IMG/VR virus record: IMGVR_UViG_3300034021_001440
Coordinates: 1-64,000 of that record
From: a virus
Length of the DNA: 64,000 nucleotides
Direction: 5' to 3' (one strand)
The notes under the pieces are model-generated. The model saw only the letters and a list, made by a program, of their open reading frames with translations. It did not search any database and had not been told where the DNA came from. The translations under genes were made by a program, and so were the position numbers. This document shows positions 46,616 to 55,364 of the stretch, in pieces. Position 1 is the first letter of the stretch, and each line of letters starts with the position of its first letter.

Positions 46616-47137
46616 ATGAAGCACAAACACCATATAAAACCCAGATACGAGGGTGGTTCAGACGACCCTGAAAACCTTGTGGAGTTGACTCCAATTCAAC
46701 ACGCAATGTGGCACTATGCCGAGTGGTTGAGGAAAGGAAATTGGCAAGACCTTGCTGCGTATAGAACTCTGGCGGGTAGAGCGCCAAAGGAGGAAGTAAT
46801 CAGAGGATTGGTTTCGGAGTCGAACCGGTCCAGGAAGGGTGAGAAAAGAAGTCCCCGACCCTTGGAAGTTAGACTAAAAATCGCAAAGTCCGTGAAGGAA
46901 AGTCATGAGAGAGCACGAAAAGAAGTCAAACCAAAACCAAAACCAAAACCACCTGCGAGAGGCAGAGGCAGAAAACCAAAACCAATCGAATTGACATCTC
47001 CCTGCGGTCAGTTTGCTTTTTTATTCCCTTCTGCCAAAGAAGCGGGAGCAATACTGGGACTATGGGATGGCAATATTACTAAAGTTGCCCGTGGGGAATG
47101 GAAACAGACGGGCGGATGGACTGCTCGCTACGTGTAG
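46616..47137 (+). mobile_element. free-standing HNH homing endonuclease with NUMOD1-like HTH
   Basis: HKHHIKPRYEGGSDDPENLVELT..QHA.WH; FPSAKEAG..LG....NI....G. Confidence 0.85.
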
Positions 47138-47184
47138 CGCGATGGAACCGCGTAAAAAGTTTCTAATGTTTTTTCATTGGAACC

Positions 47185-47370
47185 ATGGCAAATTCCCCCG
47201 TTGATCGAAATCCTGAACTCATGCAGCAAGAGTTCGGAACCAAAGTGTTGATTACAGACCTTGCAGCAGACCGTTTGCTGGAGAAAGCATCCAAGCACGG
47301 AAACGAGCGGTATTCAAAGTGGTGCGGAGGCAAAGGCGGCTTTGATGATTTCGCAGAGCGACTTCACTGA
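47185..47370 (+). CDS. small hypothetical protein
   Basis: 61-aa ORF. Confidence 0.65.
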   Translation: MANSPVDRNPELMQQEFGTKVLITDLAADRLLEKASKHGNERYSKWCGGKGGFDDFAERLH

Positions 47371-47378
47371 GGGCTGCC

Positions 47379-47386
47379 GGGTAAAA
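47379..47386 (+). promoter_or_regulatory. putative late promoter GGGTAAAA
   Basis: 33 nt before ATG 47412. Confidence 0.65.
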
Positions 47387-47411
47387 ATAAGAGTCGATTG
47401 CCAGTCCTCCA

Positions 47412-48230
47412 ATGGATCGACTTATTTTTCTTGAAGGAGGTGAGTTGTATGTAGAGCTCGTCGGACACGAAGCGTATGATCTACCCACTGTTGTCAAGTT
47501 GTTATCCATGCTCACCTCCAAGGAAAAGCGCAAGACTCGTCGCGCTGAAGCTGCCCAGATGCTAGAACAATCCTACTCAAAAGGAATGGATGTTCAGCCG
47601 CCAAAGTTTCTCACCTGGCGCCAAGAAGAACTCTGGAACTCCTTCAAAAGAAACACAGTCACCCTCGCTCATGGCTGTGCCGGTACAGGAAAAACTCTGA
47701 TCGCCCTTCACTACGGACTTCATGGTATCGCCTCTGGCGATTTCGATAAAGTTTTCTACGTTCGTAGCGACGTCGGTGTTGAGTTTCAAAGGGGACGAGG
47801 CGCTCTCCCTGGCGATCTGTCTGAAAAGATCGCTCCGTTGATCGCACCAGTTTTAGACAACCTGCCCTGCATTATGCGTTCTCAGGGCGCAGCAGAATAC
47901 CTTCTCAATAAGAAAATTATTGAGCCGATCCTCCTCGAAGACATTCGCGGACGCTCTCTCAACGAATCTTTCATTATCGTGGATGAAGCGCAGAACTTCC
48001 TGCCTTCGCACATCAAAACCTGTCTCTCCCGCGTGGGCAAAGATTCCAAAATCTGCCTCATCGGCGATACCAAGCAAACGGACTTGGAAGTTTTCCGTCG
48101 CGAGAATGGACTTGTCGATGCCATTCATCGCCTCAACAACCTGATGGAAGTCGGGATTGTAGAGTTTCAAAAAGAAGACATTGTTCGCAACTCTGTGATT
48201 GCGCATATCCTAGACCGCTACGACGACTAA
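47412..48230 (+). CDS. phoH: PhoH-like ATPase (alternative start 47508)
   Basis: GCAGTGKT, GALPGDL.EK, RGRSL, IIVDEAQN, SRVG, GDTKQTD, DIVRN. Confidence 0.93.
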   Translation: MDRLIFLEGGELYVELVGHEAYDLPTVVKLLSMLTSKEKRKTRRAEAAQMLEQSYSKGMDVQPPKFLTWRQEELWNSFKRNTVTLAHGCAGTGKTLIALHYGLHGIASGDFDKVFYVRSDVGVEFQRGRGALPGDLSEKIAPLIAPVLDNLPCIMRSQGAAEYLLNKKIIEPILLEDIRGRSLNESFIIVDEAQNFLPSHIKTCLSRVGKDSKICLIGDTKQTDLEVFRRENGLVDAIHRLNNLMEVGIVEFQKEDIVRNSVIAHILDRYDD

Positions 48231-49648
48231 TGGCAAGCAAGGGACCCATGACTACCGCTCATTATCCTGGAAAGGGAGCTATGGGTCCCTCCTTGGGCAC
48301 ACGCAAGAGAGCACCCACAGCACGGGAAGTCGCTCGAGCAAAAGCGCAAGCGGTTGGTGGCGGAAGGAAAAGGTGCAGGAAAGGAAAAAATTGCTCGGCG
48401 GCTTGTATTCAGTCGCGCATGATTTGTTTGGTTGAGTTTCCCGCACCGGTGCAAGCCCCTCTCGGGCAGGTGCGTGACTATCTGAGGCAGAAAAATAATG
48501 TTCAACCAGGAAGTATCCAGGACAAGCGTCTGAACGCGGCCCTGGGCAAACTCTCCAGTGTTCTCAAAGTTGAGGGCCAAGAGGCCCCGTCAAAACGCAC
48601 GGGTTTGGCAAAGCCAACGGTTGAGTGGAAACGAGATGAAAAGAGGGCAGAAAGACAAGGCATTCTGTGGAAAGAAGTTCAAGGGTTGAAGAAGCGTCGA
48701 AACCTGCTGGGTGAGGCTGAGTTTGAGCGGGAGGCAATGCGTGCCCTTCACAAGGATGCGATGTCACGGGGTCTCCGACTGCCTCGCGCAGAATTGGAAA
48801 TGATCTTGGATGTTCTTCCAAAAAATGTTCAAACATCTCTCGCAAAGTCTGGAAGAGCAGAAAGTGGTCAGTGGTATAATGGAAAGGATGAAAATGGAAA
48901 TGTGATCTTCTCTAGAACCCCAGGCAAGGAAAGAGCTCTCGCTGTGCTCGACATGTGGTTTCGCCAGGGTGGCACAGATGCCTATCAGGGGAGAGGTGGC
49001 CGAGTGTGGGCACCACCCGATCTCGACATTGAGCACATGCGCTCACTCTCACAGGGTGGCAGGGACACCCCGTCCAACTGGATCTTGGCACGAGCTGGTG
49101 CTCAGCGAGCACGTCAGGCTCAACCTCTTGGCAAGTGGATTGATCGATTGCCGTCTTCCAAAGAGGAATACCAAACATATTTGTCAAACTATGCGAAAGA
49201 ACGCCGAGCAAAGCAAGCACGAAAAGCGCGATTGGCTCTGGTTGATCCGAAAAAAATTGGAGACGGGGAACTTTTCAGCAAAGGTGGAAAGACACTGGCA
49301 GAAATTTTCCGTGGAGAAAACGGGGGAAGAACCCCTGACACTTTCACAAAAGAGTGGTTGGGGATTGCAAGTTCTGGGGGACGGAAAGGAAACTCCGGGC
49401 CTCCCGCACCTTTCGCCAAAGGACTGGCTCTCATTGCAAAAGCAGAAGGTCTTCCCAAGGCACGGGCAGTTGGAAACACAATGAAGCGAATGTGGAACGA
49501 TGACTGGAAAGCACAAGGAAACATAACCAAGCAGCAAGCCTTCAAACAAATGGTGTCCGAAATGGAGAAAAGTTTGACCAGCGAACAATTCAACAACCTT
49601 TTCCTGCCCTCAGCGCAAGCATGGGCCAGAGCCAACGATTTCCTGTAG
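48230..49648 (+). CDS. basic protein: shared Cys4 N-terminal module plus HNH nuclease-like domain
   Basis: GGGRKRCRKGKNCSAACIQ...C; DIEHMRSLSQGGRDTPSNW. Confidence 0.75.
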   Translation: MASKGPMTTAHYPGKGAMGPSLGTRKRAPTAREVARAKAQAVGGGRKRCRKGKNCSAACIQSRMICLVEFPAPVQAPLGQVRDYLRQKNNVQPGSIQDKRLNAALGKLSSVLKVEGQEAPSKRTGLAKPTVEWKRDEKRAERQGILWKEVQGLKKRRNLLGEAEFEREAMRALHKDAMSRGLRLPRAELEMILDVLPKNVQTSLAKSGRAESGQWYNGKDENGNVIFSRTPGKERALAVLDMWFRQGGTDAYQGRGGRVWAPPDLDIEHMRSLSQGGRDTPSNWILARAGAQRARQAQPLGKWIDRLPSSKEEYQTYLSNYAKERRAKQARKARLALVDPKKIGDGELFSKGGKTLAEIFRGENGGRTPDTFTKEWLGIASSGGRKGNSGPPAPFAKGLALIAKAEGLPKARAVGNTMKRMWNDDWKAQGNITKQQAFKQMVSEMEKSLTSEQFNNLFLPSAQAWARANDFL

Positions 49649-49652
49649 GGAC

Positions 49653-49985
49653 ATGAGAAAAGACACGCGTTTTCGTCGCCCTGAGCGGGCAGACATTGAG
49701 TCAAAACTTCCCAAGAAAATCCTCTCAGACCCTCAAGCACTCGGCGTCTGGAACATGATGCTCCAGTGTGACGACCCTTCAGACGTTTCTCACAAGTATC
49801 GATCATACCGAGACAGCGCACATTGCACTGTGCCTCGAGAGCATTTACGAGCGATGCGAGACACTATGATAACGGCAATGAGGGAAGAAAACAGCAAAGA
49901 CCCCAAACCAAGAAAAGAGAGGAAACAAGGAGTTCATTACACTGGTCACAATAACGGTTGGCTACCCCAGAGGAAAGGCGCATGA
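49653..49985 (+). CDS. hypothetical protein (candidate partner of the upstream nuclease)
   Basis: starts 4 nt after the nuclease stop. Confidence 0.65.
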   Translation: MRKDTRFRRPERADIESKLPKKILSDPQALGVWNMMLQCDDPSDVSHKYRSYRDSAHCTVPREHLRAMRDTMITAMREENSKDPKPRKERKQGVHYTGHNNGWLPQRKGA

Positions 49986-50335
49986 ACGTCACCAAAGAAA
50001 TTGAAAGACACCGCCTTCCCTGCGGAGCGGCAACCATCGCGATCGACGGAGTTTGCCGTCGTCGTTTGAGGGATCACTTTGACGCACTGCTGGACAAGTT
50101 GGCCAATGAGGTCAATCCAGAGGGGGTCGATAAGGATATCCTTGAAATGGAGGAAGATGTCGAGATTCCTGAACCTCCCGCACCGGAAGAGACTCGCGAA
50201 GAGAAGAAAAAGCGTTTGATCGCTGAAGGGAAGCTGAGAGCAGAAGTGAACAAAGAGGTTGGCAAGTACAAAGAAAAACTGATGGGCAACAGCAAAATGC
50301 TGCAGGATATCTCGGGTAAAATCAAGAAACGGTAA
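49982..50335 (+). CDS. hypothetical protein
   Basis: ATGA overlap. Confidence 0.65.
   Translation: MNVTKEIERHRLPCGAATIAIDGVCRRRLRDHFDALLDKLANEVNPEGVDKDILEMEEDVEIPEPPAPEETREEKKKRLIAEGKLRAEVNKEVGKYKEKLMGNSKMLQDISGKIKKR
50314..50321 (+). promoter_or_regulatory. putative late promoter GGGTAAAA
   Basis: 31 nt before ATG 50345. Confidence 0.65.
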
Positions 50336-50344
50336 TCAACCAAC

Positions 50345-50695
50345 ATGACAAATCGTATTGGTGGCGACTTCAATCAAGACGCCATGGAAGCCTTTCGTGC
50401 CGCATATGCTCAACAACTGAGCACTCCCGATGAGGACGGTGTGGCCAATAACTCTGGTCTTCCGACGAATGTAGTGACAAATACTTCACCCTGGATCGAG
50501 CACACTGGGCTGTGGAAATACCCCAGTGGCAAAGGTCCGGATGAAGATTTGAAAACTCCATTTGACCCGAATCAGTATCTTTCCGACGTTATCTCTGACG
50601 ATGATGAGGAAGCCGACAGCTTGAGTGAAGAAGAAGTCGAGCACCTGATCAATGAAATCACTGGATCTGAGGACGAAGAAGAAGAGGCTGAGTAG
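50345..50695 (+). CDS. acidic protein with shared N-terminal leader (GDFNQDAMEAFRAAYAQ)
   Basis: leader similar to those of 52999 and 53367. Confidence 0.7.
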   Translation: MTNRIGGDFNQDAMEAFRAAYAQQLSTPDEDGVANNSGLPTNVVTNTSPWIEHTGLWKYPSGKGPDEDLKTPFDPNQYLSDVISDDDEEADSLSEEEVEHLINEITGSEDEEEEAE

Positions 50696-50702
50696 GGTAA
50701 AA
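50695..50702 (+). promoter_or_regulatory. putative late promoter GGGTAAAA
   Basis: 33 nt before ATG 50728. Confidence 0.7.
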
Positions 50703-50727
50703 AGCATACATAGCCTGTGGTCCAATT

Positions 50728-51369
50728 ATGTTCTTCACTGCCCCGAGAGTGATTCCTGAACCTCCCGTTGATGGATTCCCCTCCACCAACCCTCGTCAGG
50801 CAGGGTACAACGAGGACATCAAACAGCGTCTGGCTGGTAAAGACGAGGAAGGGAAAGAGCGTCTTCTGGATGCCCTGCGCTTTGCGTTTTGGATGAGCCC
50901 GAATCTGCCCGGCGTTGAGCTTCTGGTCAGTTCTGCACCTGTGATTACTCTCCACGACCTGGAGGGTGAGTTTGACATTACCATCAATCACGGAAGCGCC
51001 GCCTTTTCCGTTCATGAGAGTCCCTATGGCGATTCTACTCTGGAGGATCAAAGGGTGGCCCTCGGTCGCAGGTTGCTGAAGAACTGGAACACTTTGATCG
51101 CTCATTTGCCCGAAGGTTTTATTATCTACGGTCCCGACGTTGATCTCAACCACCCCACTTTCCCTGTTCGGGAAAGAGTTTTGCAAGGCTTGGGTTTTGC
51201 TCCGGTAGAGGCCAACGGTGACCGCATGGCGATTGTTCGCGGTGGCCAACTGTCTCCTTTGACTGCTTTTCAGCACCACGAACTGACCGGGGAGGATGGC
51301 CCGGCTCATTTGTACAATCAGCGTCTCTGCGTCGAAGAGATTGTCTGGGGCAGCAAGGAGGCTGAGTGA
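50728..51369 (+). CDS. hypothetical protein, possibly GNAT-like
   Basis: RERVLQGLGFAP resembles the GNAT C-terminal motif; weak. Confidence 0.6.
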   Translation: MFFTAPRVIPEPPVDGFPSTNPRQAGYNEDIKQRLAGKDEEGKERLLDALRFAFWMSPNLPGVELLVSSAPVITLHDLEGEFDITINHGSAAFSVHESPYGDSTLEDQRVALGRRLLKNWNTLIAHLPEGFIIYGPDVDLNHPTFPVRERVLQGLGFAPVEANGDRMAIVRGGQLSPLTAFQHHELTGEDGPAHLYNQRLCVEEIVWGSKEAE

Positions 51370-52079
51370 TGTACGGTTCCAACTTTGATTTCAGTGGTGT
51401 TGTTCTTCCCGGCGCTGGCGGTCAAATCAACGCCAGCAACGCCATCAGTGGCGATCAACTTGCCAAAATGAATAAGACCGGTAAAAAATGGCGTCCCGAC
51501 GCAGATGGTTTTATGTCCAACCACAATGAGAACATCCTGAAGATGAACGCCGAGCACCGCGAAAAGCGTGCTGGGCTTGTCAATCGGGACTATAACGAGA
51601 ACGCTGACGGCAAAGATGCGATGAAGGAAATCTTCGATCGCAAAAAAGCTCGAATGTCTTCTTTCAAAGAGATGAAGAAGAATGAGTATGGCTTTGCGGA
51701 AGGGGACTCGCAAGACTCAGAGCTTCTGAGCATGCCCCTGCCAGCATTCAAAGACCACACCTGCAAAGGCCCTGGTTGCCCGATCTGCACCAGCCAGAAG
51801 TATGCGGAGATGTCATTCAGAGAGTGGAGCACCGAAAAGCGCAAGGCGCTCAAAGAGGGCAAAGTCAAGGGCGAATTTGCGGGTCCTGACATGAGCTTTC
51901 CGATTGCCAGCCCTGTGGATGTTGCCGCAGCATGGTCTTCTGTGGGCCGCGCCGCCAATCCTCGGGCCATCATGAAGCGCATCATCTCGATTGCCAAAAA
52001 GCATGGCTGGGAGTCGGGTCTCCCGGAGTCCGTCAAGAAACGTCTGGCAGCTGGTGAATCTGGTTTGCCAACGGAGTGA
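51369..52079 (+). CDS. probable head-internal protein
   Basis: FAE/YAE motifs; C-terminal FAGPDMSFPI...AWSSVGRA module. Confidence 0.65.
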   Translation: MYGSNFDFSGVVLPGAGGQINASNAISGDQLAKMNKTGKKWRPDADGFMSNHNENILKMNAEHREKRAGLVNRDYNENADGKDAMKEIFDRKKARMSSFKEMKKNEYGFAEGDSQDSELLSMPLPAFKDHTCKGPGCPICTSQKYAEMSFREWSTEKRKALKEGKVKGEFAGPDMSFPIASPVDVAAAWSSVGRAANPRAIMKRIISIAKKHGWESGLPESVKKRLAAGESGLPTE

Positions 52080-52082
52080 GCC

Positions 52083-52403
52083 ATGGGGCTTGACATTCTT
52101 GGCGTAGTTGCCTCAATTGCGACTATCATATCCGGACTCGGTTGGGTTCTTGACAGAAACTCCAAAAAGTTTGCGTCAATGCAACAAGCGAGTTCCGACA
52201 TGCTGACAAACTTTGGTGCCAAAGTTGAAAGACTCGACCAAACTCTCACCGAGGTTCGTCTCACTCTTCCAGAAAAGTATGTGACGAAAGAAGAGTTATT
52301 GATGCACATCCGGGGGGAAGAAACCTGGCACAATTCGATTGATCGCCGCCTTGACGATATCCGTGACGAACTTTCCTCCCTACGTGAATGGAGACACCGA
52401 TGA
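52083..52403 (+). CDS. single-TM protein with coiled coil (holin-like candidate)
   Basis: N-terminal hydrophobic helix; LPEKYVTKEE. Confidence 0.6.
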   Translation: MGLDILGVVASIATIISGLGWVLDRNSKKFASMQQASSDMLTNFGAKVERLDQTLTEVRLTLPEKYVTKEELLMHIRGEETWHNSIDRRLDDIRDELSSLREWRHR

Positions 52404-52999
52404 ACTTTGATGACTACGACTGGGAACGCCTTGAAGGTCTTGGCTTTGCTGAGGATGCTCGTGAAGAGCTGAAGAAAGCATGTTGGAAAGGCTATGAGGC
52501 CATTGGTGTAAAACAAAAGAATGGGCGCACCGTGCCCAACTGTGTGCCTAAGAAGAAAAAGAAAAGTCTGAGTTCTAATCACGGGGAGCAGTTTGACATC
52601 AACAAGCCAAACGACATCAATGACATGGCCATCGGCAATGCCCTGCCGAAAGTGCCTGCCACCGGCCCTGTGAAAAATCCACAGATGGGTGAGCAAAAGA
52701 TTCGCATGCCTCGCATGGAAGAGATCAAAAAAGCCAACGCCAATAATGGGCAACTGGCCATGGCTGCTGCTCCCAACTATGCCGAGACTGAAGACTTCAA
52801 CGATGCGTTTCATTCCGACGAGCCAAATGCCCGGATGATCATCACGCAACTGCGAGTGATGCGAGAAAAGATTGACATCATGCTCGGAATGATGTATCCC
52901 GATGACAACTTTGAACCCTGGGTGGCAACCAAAATTGCCAACGCCGGAGTTGGAGTTGCCAGTGTTGCCGACTATCTTCGCTTTGGGGGAGAAACGTGA
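52400..52999 (+). CDS. probable head-internal protein with CWKGY..VPNCV module
   Basis: FAE, HGE and YAE motifs separate short modules. Confidence 0.65.
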   Translation: MNFDDYDWERLEGLGFAEDAREELKKACWKGYEAIGVKQKNGRTVPNCVPKKKKKSLSSNHGEQFDINKPNDINDMAIGNALPKVPATGPVKNPQMGEQKIRMPRMEEIKKANANNGQLAMAAAPNYAETEDFNDAFHSDEPNARMIITQLRVMREKIDIMLGMMYPDDNFEPWVATKIANAGVGVASVADYLRFGGET

Positions 53000-53328
53000 T
53001 GTTTGGATCATTTCCTGACGATGTGCTTGAGGATTTCTTTCAGAGCTATGCTGAAAGAATCGACAAAGACAAAATGCCTTGCAACAAACCCAAGGCACAA
53101 GCGGTGGGTGACTCACTGACTGGAAAGTCACATGTAGTCAAGGCATGCGCAAACGGCAAAGAAAAAGTCATTCGCTTTGGGCAGCGCGGTGTGAAAGGGT
53201 CACCAAAGAAAGAGGGTGAGTCCGCAGCATACGCAAGTCGTCGCAAGCGTTTCAAAACTCGGCACGCAAAAAATATTGCCAAAGGCCCCATGAGTGCGGC
53301 CTACTGGGCAAATAAAGTTAAATGGTAA
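52999..53328 (+). CDS. basic protein with acidic leader (GSFPDDVLEDFFQSYAE)
   Basis: IRFG...RRKRFKTRH...SAAYWA module. Confidence 0.7.
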   Translation: MFGSFPDDVLEDFFQSYAERIDKDKMPCNKPKAQAVGDSLTGKSHVVKACANGKEKVIRFGQRGVKGSPKKEGESAAYASRRKRFKTRHAKNIAKGPMSAAYWANKVKW

Positions 53329-53331
53329 CAA

Positions 53332-53339
53332 GGGTAAAA
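53332..53339 (+). promoter_or_regulatory. putative late promoter GGGTAAAA
   Basis: 35 nt before ATG 53367. Confidence 0.7.
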
Positions 53340-53366
53340 CCCTACATATAATGTCTCTGTCCGGCA

Positions 53367-53891
53367 ATGCGAAAGGACTCCATCAACAATGAAGCCCTTG
53401 AAAAGGCTTATCTGATTTACAAAGAGCACGGTCACGAAATTGTTGACTATGACTTTTCGCACGCGCCGACCGACTATCAGCGGGGCACCGTGCGTGAGCC
53501 AGAGCAGGTCTCTGTCGTCGAAGGTGCTTTCAAAGAGCTGGTGAACCCTGCCAACGTTTCCAACGGTTTCCGCTATGAAGACCTGAAGAGCAAGGCTGAT
53601 GCCCTGGATGCTCGTATCGACGAGCAACAGAACAAGCTGCGTGTGTGTCGCCTGCGCGGAAACTTCCAAGAGTTTCACAGGTGTATGCAAGAAATGCAAG
53701 ATATGATCAAAGAGAAAGAGCGCCTTGACGCCAAAATGGCTGTCGCCGCTCCGGGTGGAAACGCCGGTCAAAAGCAAATGGATGACTATAATCGCACCTA
53801 CGATCAAAACGATAACTACTCTGAAATAACCAGCATTGCAGATCGCATCGCTGCCCTCGAAGAGCAAATCAAGGCATACATGGAGGGGTGA
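53367..53891 (+). CDS. coiled-coil hypothetical protein
   Basis: leader-like N-terminus DSINNEALEKAYLIYKE. Confidence 0.7.
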   Translation: MRKDSINNEALEKAYLIYKEHGHEIVDYDFSHAPTDYQRGTVREPEQVSVVEGAFKELVNPANVSNGFRYEDLKSKADALDARIDEQQNKLRVCRLRGNFQEFHRCMQEMQDMIKEKERLDAKMAVAAPGGNAGQKQMDDYNRTYDQNDNYSEITSIADRIAALEEQIKAYMEG

Positions 53892-55150
53892 TCCCCATGC
53901 TGTCACGCCAACCTACTGCTTCCGACATTCGATCTGCCAAAAGCCGTGCCACAGGGGGAGGACGGAAACGTTGCCGCCGTGGAAAGAATTGTTCCGCCGC
54001 TTGCATTCAAGCAAGCATGGTGTGCCTTGTTGAACTGCCAGAGTCCGCAGGTGTCAATCTTTCGAGGGCTTCGTCGTTCTTGAGCAAACGCGCACCGAGC
54101 TTGCCGAGCAGTATGAAGAGGGAACTTGCCGGGCTCGGTGGTGGTCCCACGGATGTATTGGACGTCAAAGCAAAAACAGTTGAAAGAAAAACAGAAGGCA
54201 AGCCGCCGTGGTCAGCCACAGGAAATACCAAGTGGGCACGAGAGGATGCCGAAGACTTTGACTCTGCCTTGGTCGCAAAGGGCAAGACAGAGCCGCTGCG
54301 AAGAGTGGGAGATAAATCTTATGACAAGTGGGATGATAGCTATGGGAGCGGTGCTTCAAAGGTTGGGGAAGGATCTTATGGAGCCGTCATTCGCAACAAA
54401 GACGGCACATATGTGAAGAGAGGAGCCATCTCTGACACCGAGGCCGAGTTGATTGAGCGGGTGGGGAGAGCAGATATCGGCCCTCGCCTGAAGGCAGCAG
54501 ACATTGACGGAAAACACGACTGGCACGACGAAAAATTTGTAGACGTGCGTGAAGGCCGCATCGCAATGACTGGTGTTCCCGGCAAGCCAATTGGTGACAC
54601 TGCCTTTCCGGATACAAAGCTGGGAGGGAGAAATGCCGCTGATGTGTATTGGGGTGCCCTTGGCAATTTACACCGGCTCGGTATTGCCCATAATGATGCG
54701 CACATTGATAACATCCTTGTGGACGACAAGGGCAAAGGGCGCTGGGTGGACTTGGGACTGGCACAGGCTAATCCAAAAGCAGCCTTTCTAGAAGCCTTTG
54801 GAACTTTTACACCGGCAAACAAGTCGGGAGGGTCCAACTGGAAAGAAGGAAATTGGCAAACTTCTCGATGGCGAGCAACCGGAGTTGAAGACTATTTCAA
54901 ACGAAATGACTTTGGAAGAGGAAAAGAGTTTCTTCAAGACGGAAAGTATAAAGAATTTCGTACAGTCGTTGAGAACCAGCCGAAAGTTCTAAACAAACTG
55001 AGAACTATGGGTTTCTCTGTTTCTGAAATTGACCAACTCATTAGAACTCCCATTCGCTCCACTCCGGAGACTTTTCAACAAGGCCCTTGGGCAAAAATGA
55101 CAGACACCCAAGCCAAAGAACTCATCAACATTTTCTACGATGGCATCTAA
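53888..55150 (+). CDS. protein kinase-fold enzyme with shared Cys4 N-terminal module
   Basis: VGEGSYGAV, YVK, E, LHRLGIAHNDAHIDNIL, VDLGLA. Confidence 0.85.
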   Translation: MIPMLSRQPTASDIRSAKSRATGGGRKRCRRGKNCSAACIQASMVCLVELPESAGVNLSRASSFLSKRAPSLPSSMKRELAGLGGGPTDVLDVKAKTVERKTEGKPPWSATGNTKWAREDAEDFDSALVAKGKTEPLRRVGDKSYDKWDDSYGSGASKVGEGSYGAVIRNKDGTYVKRGAISDTEAELIERVGRADIGPRLKAADIDGKHDWHDEKFVDVREGRIAMTGVPGKPIGDTAFPDTKLGGRNAADVYWGALGNLHRLGIAHNDAHIDNILVDDKGKGRWVDLGLAQANPKAAFLEAFGTFTPANKSGGSNWKEGNWQTSRWRATGVEDYFKRNDFGRGKEFLQDGKYKEFRTVVENQPKVLNKLRTMGFSVSEIDQLIRTPIRSTPETFQQGPWAKMTDTQAKELINIFYDGI

Positions 55151-55307
55151 AAAAGACGACAAAGACTATGGGATTTTGATGGCTCAGTACAAGAACTTGA
55201 GAACCAAAGACCCGGAGAACGCAATAAAATACCTTGAAGGCGCAATGAAGTTGCGAGAGCAAGGAAACGTGAGTGAAGATGCTGTGATAGGGTCTGCGTA
55301 TCTGTAG
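55140..55307 (+). CDS. small protein (55 aa) overlapping the kinase stop; candidate inhibitor / immunity protein
   Basis: MASKKDDKDYGILMAQYKNLR...IGSAYL, translated by hand. Confidence 0.6.
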   Translation: MASKKDDKDYGILMAQYKNLRTKDPENAIKYLEGAMKLREQGNVSEDAVIGSAYL

Positions 55308-55308
55308 C

Positions 55309-55316
55309 GGGTAAAG
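55309..55316 (+). promoter_or_regulatory. variant late motif GGGTAAAG
   Basis: intergenic, upstream of a fibre gene. Confidence 0.5.
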
Positions 55317-55364
55317 TTATGGAAAGCGTGTCTTCACACGCGCACAACTTTGCTCTTCAGCACG

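Noticed and set aside
43843-47184. Group I intron or intein associated with the terminase endonucleases
   Set aside because: terL is continuous with all motifs, and both endonucleases are intergenic with their own promoters.
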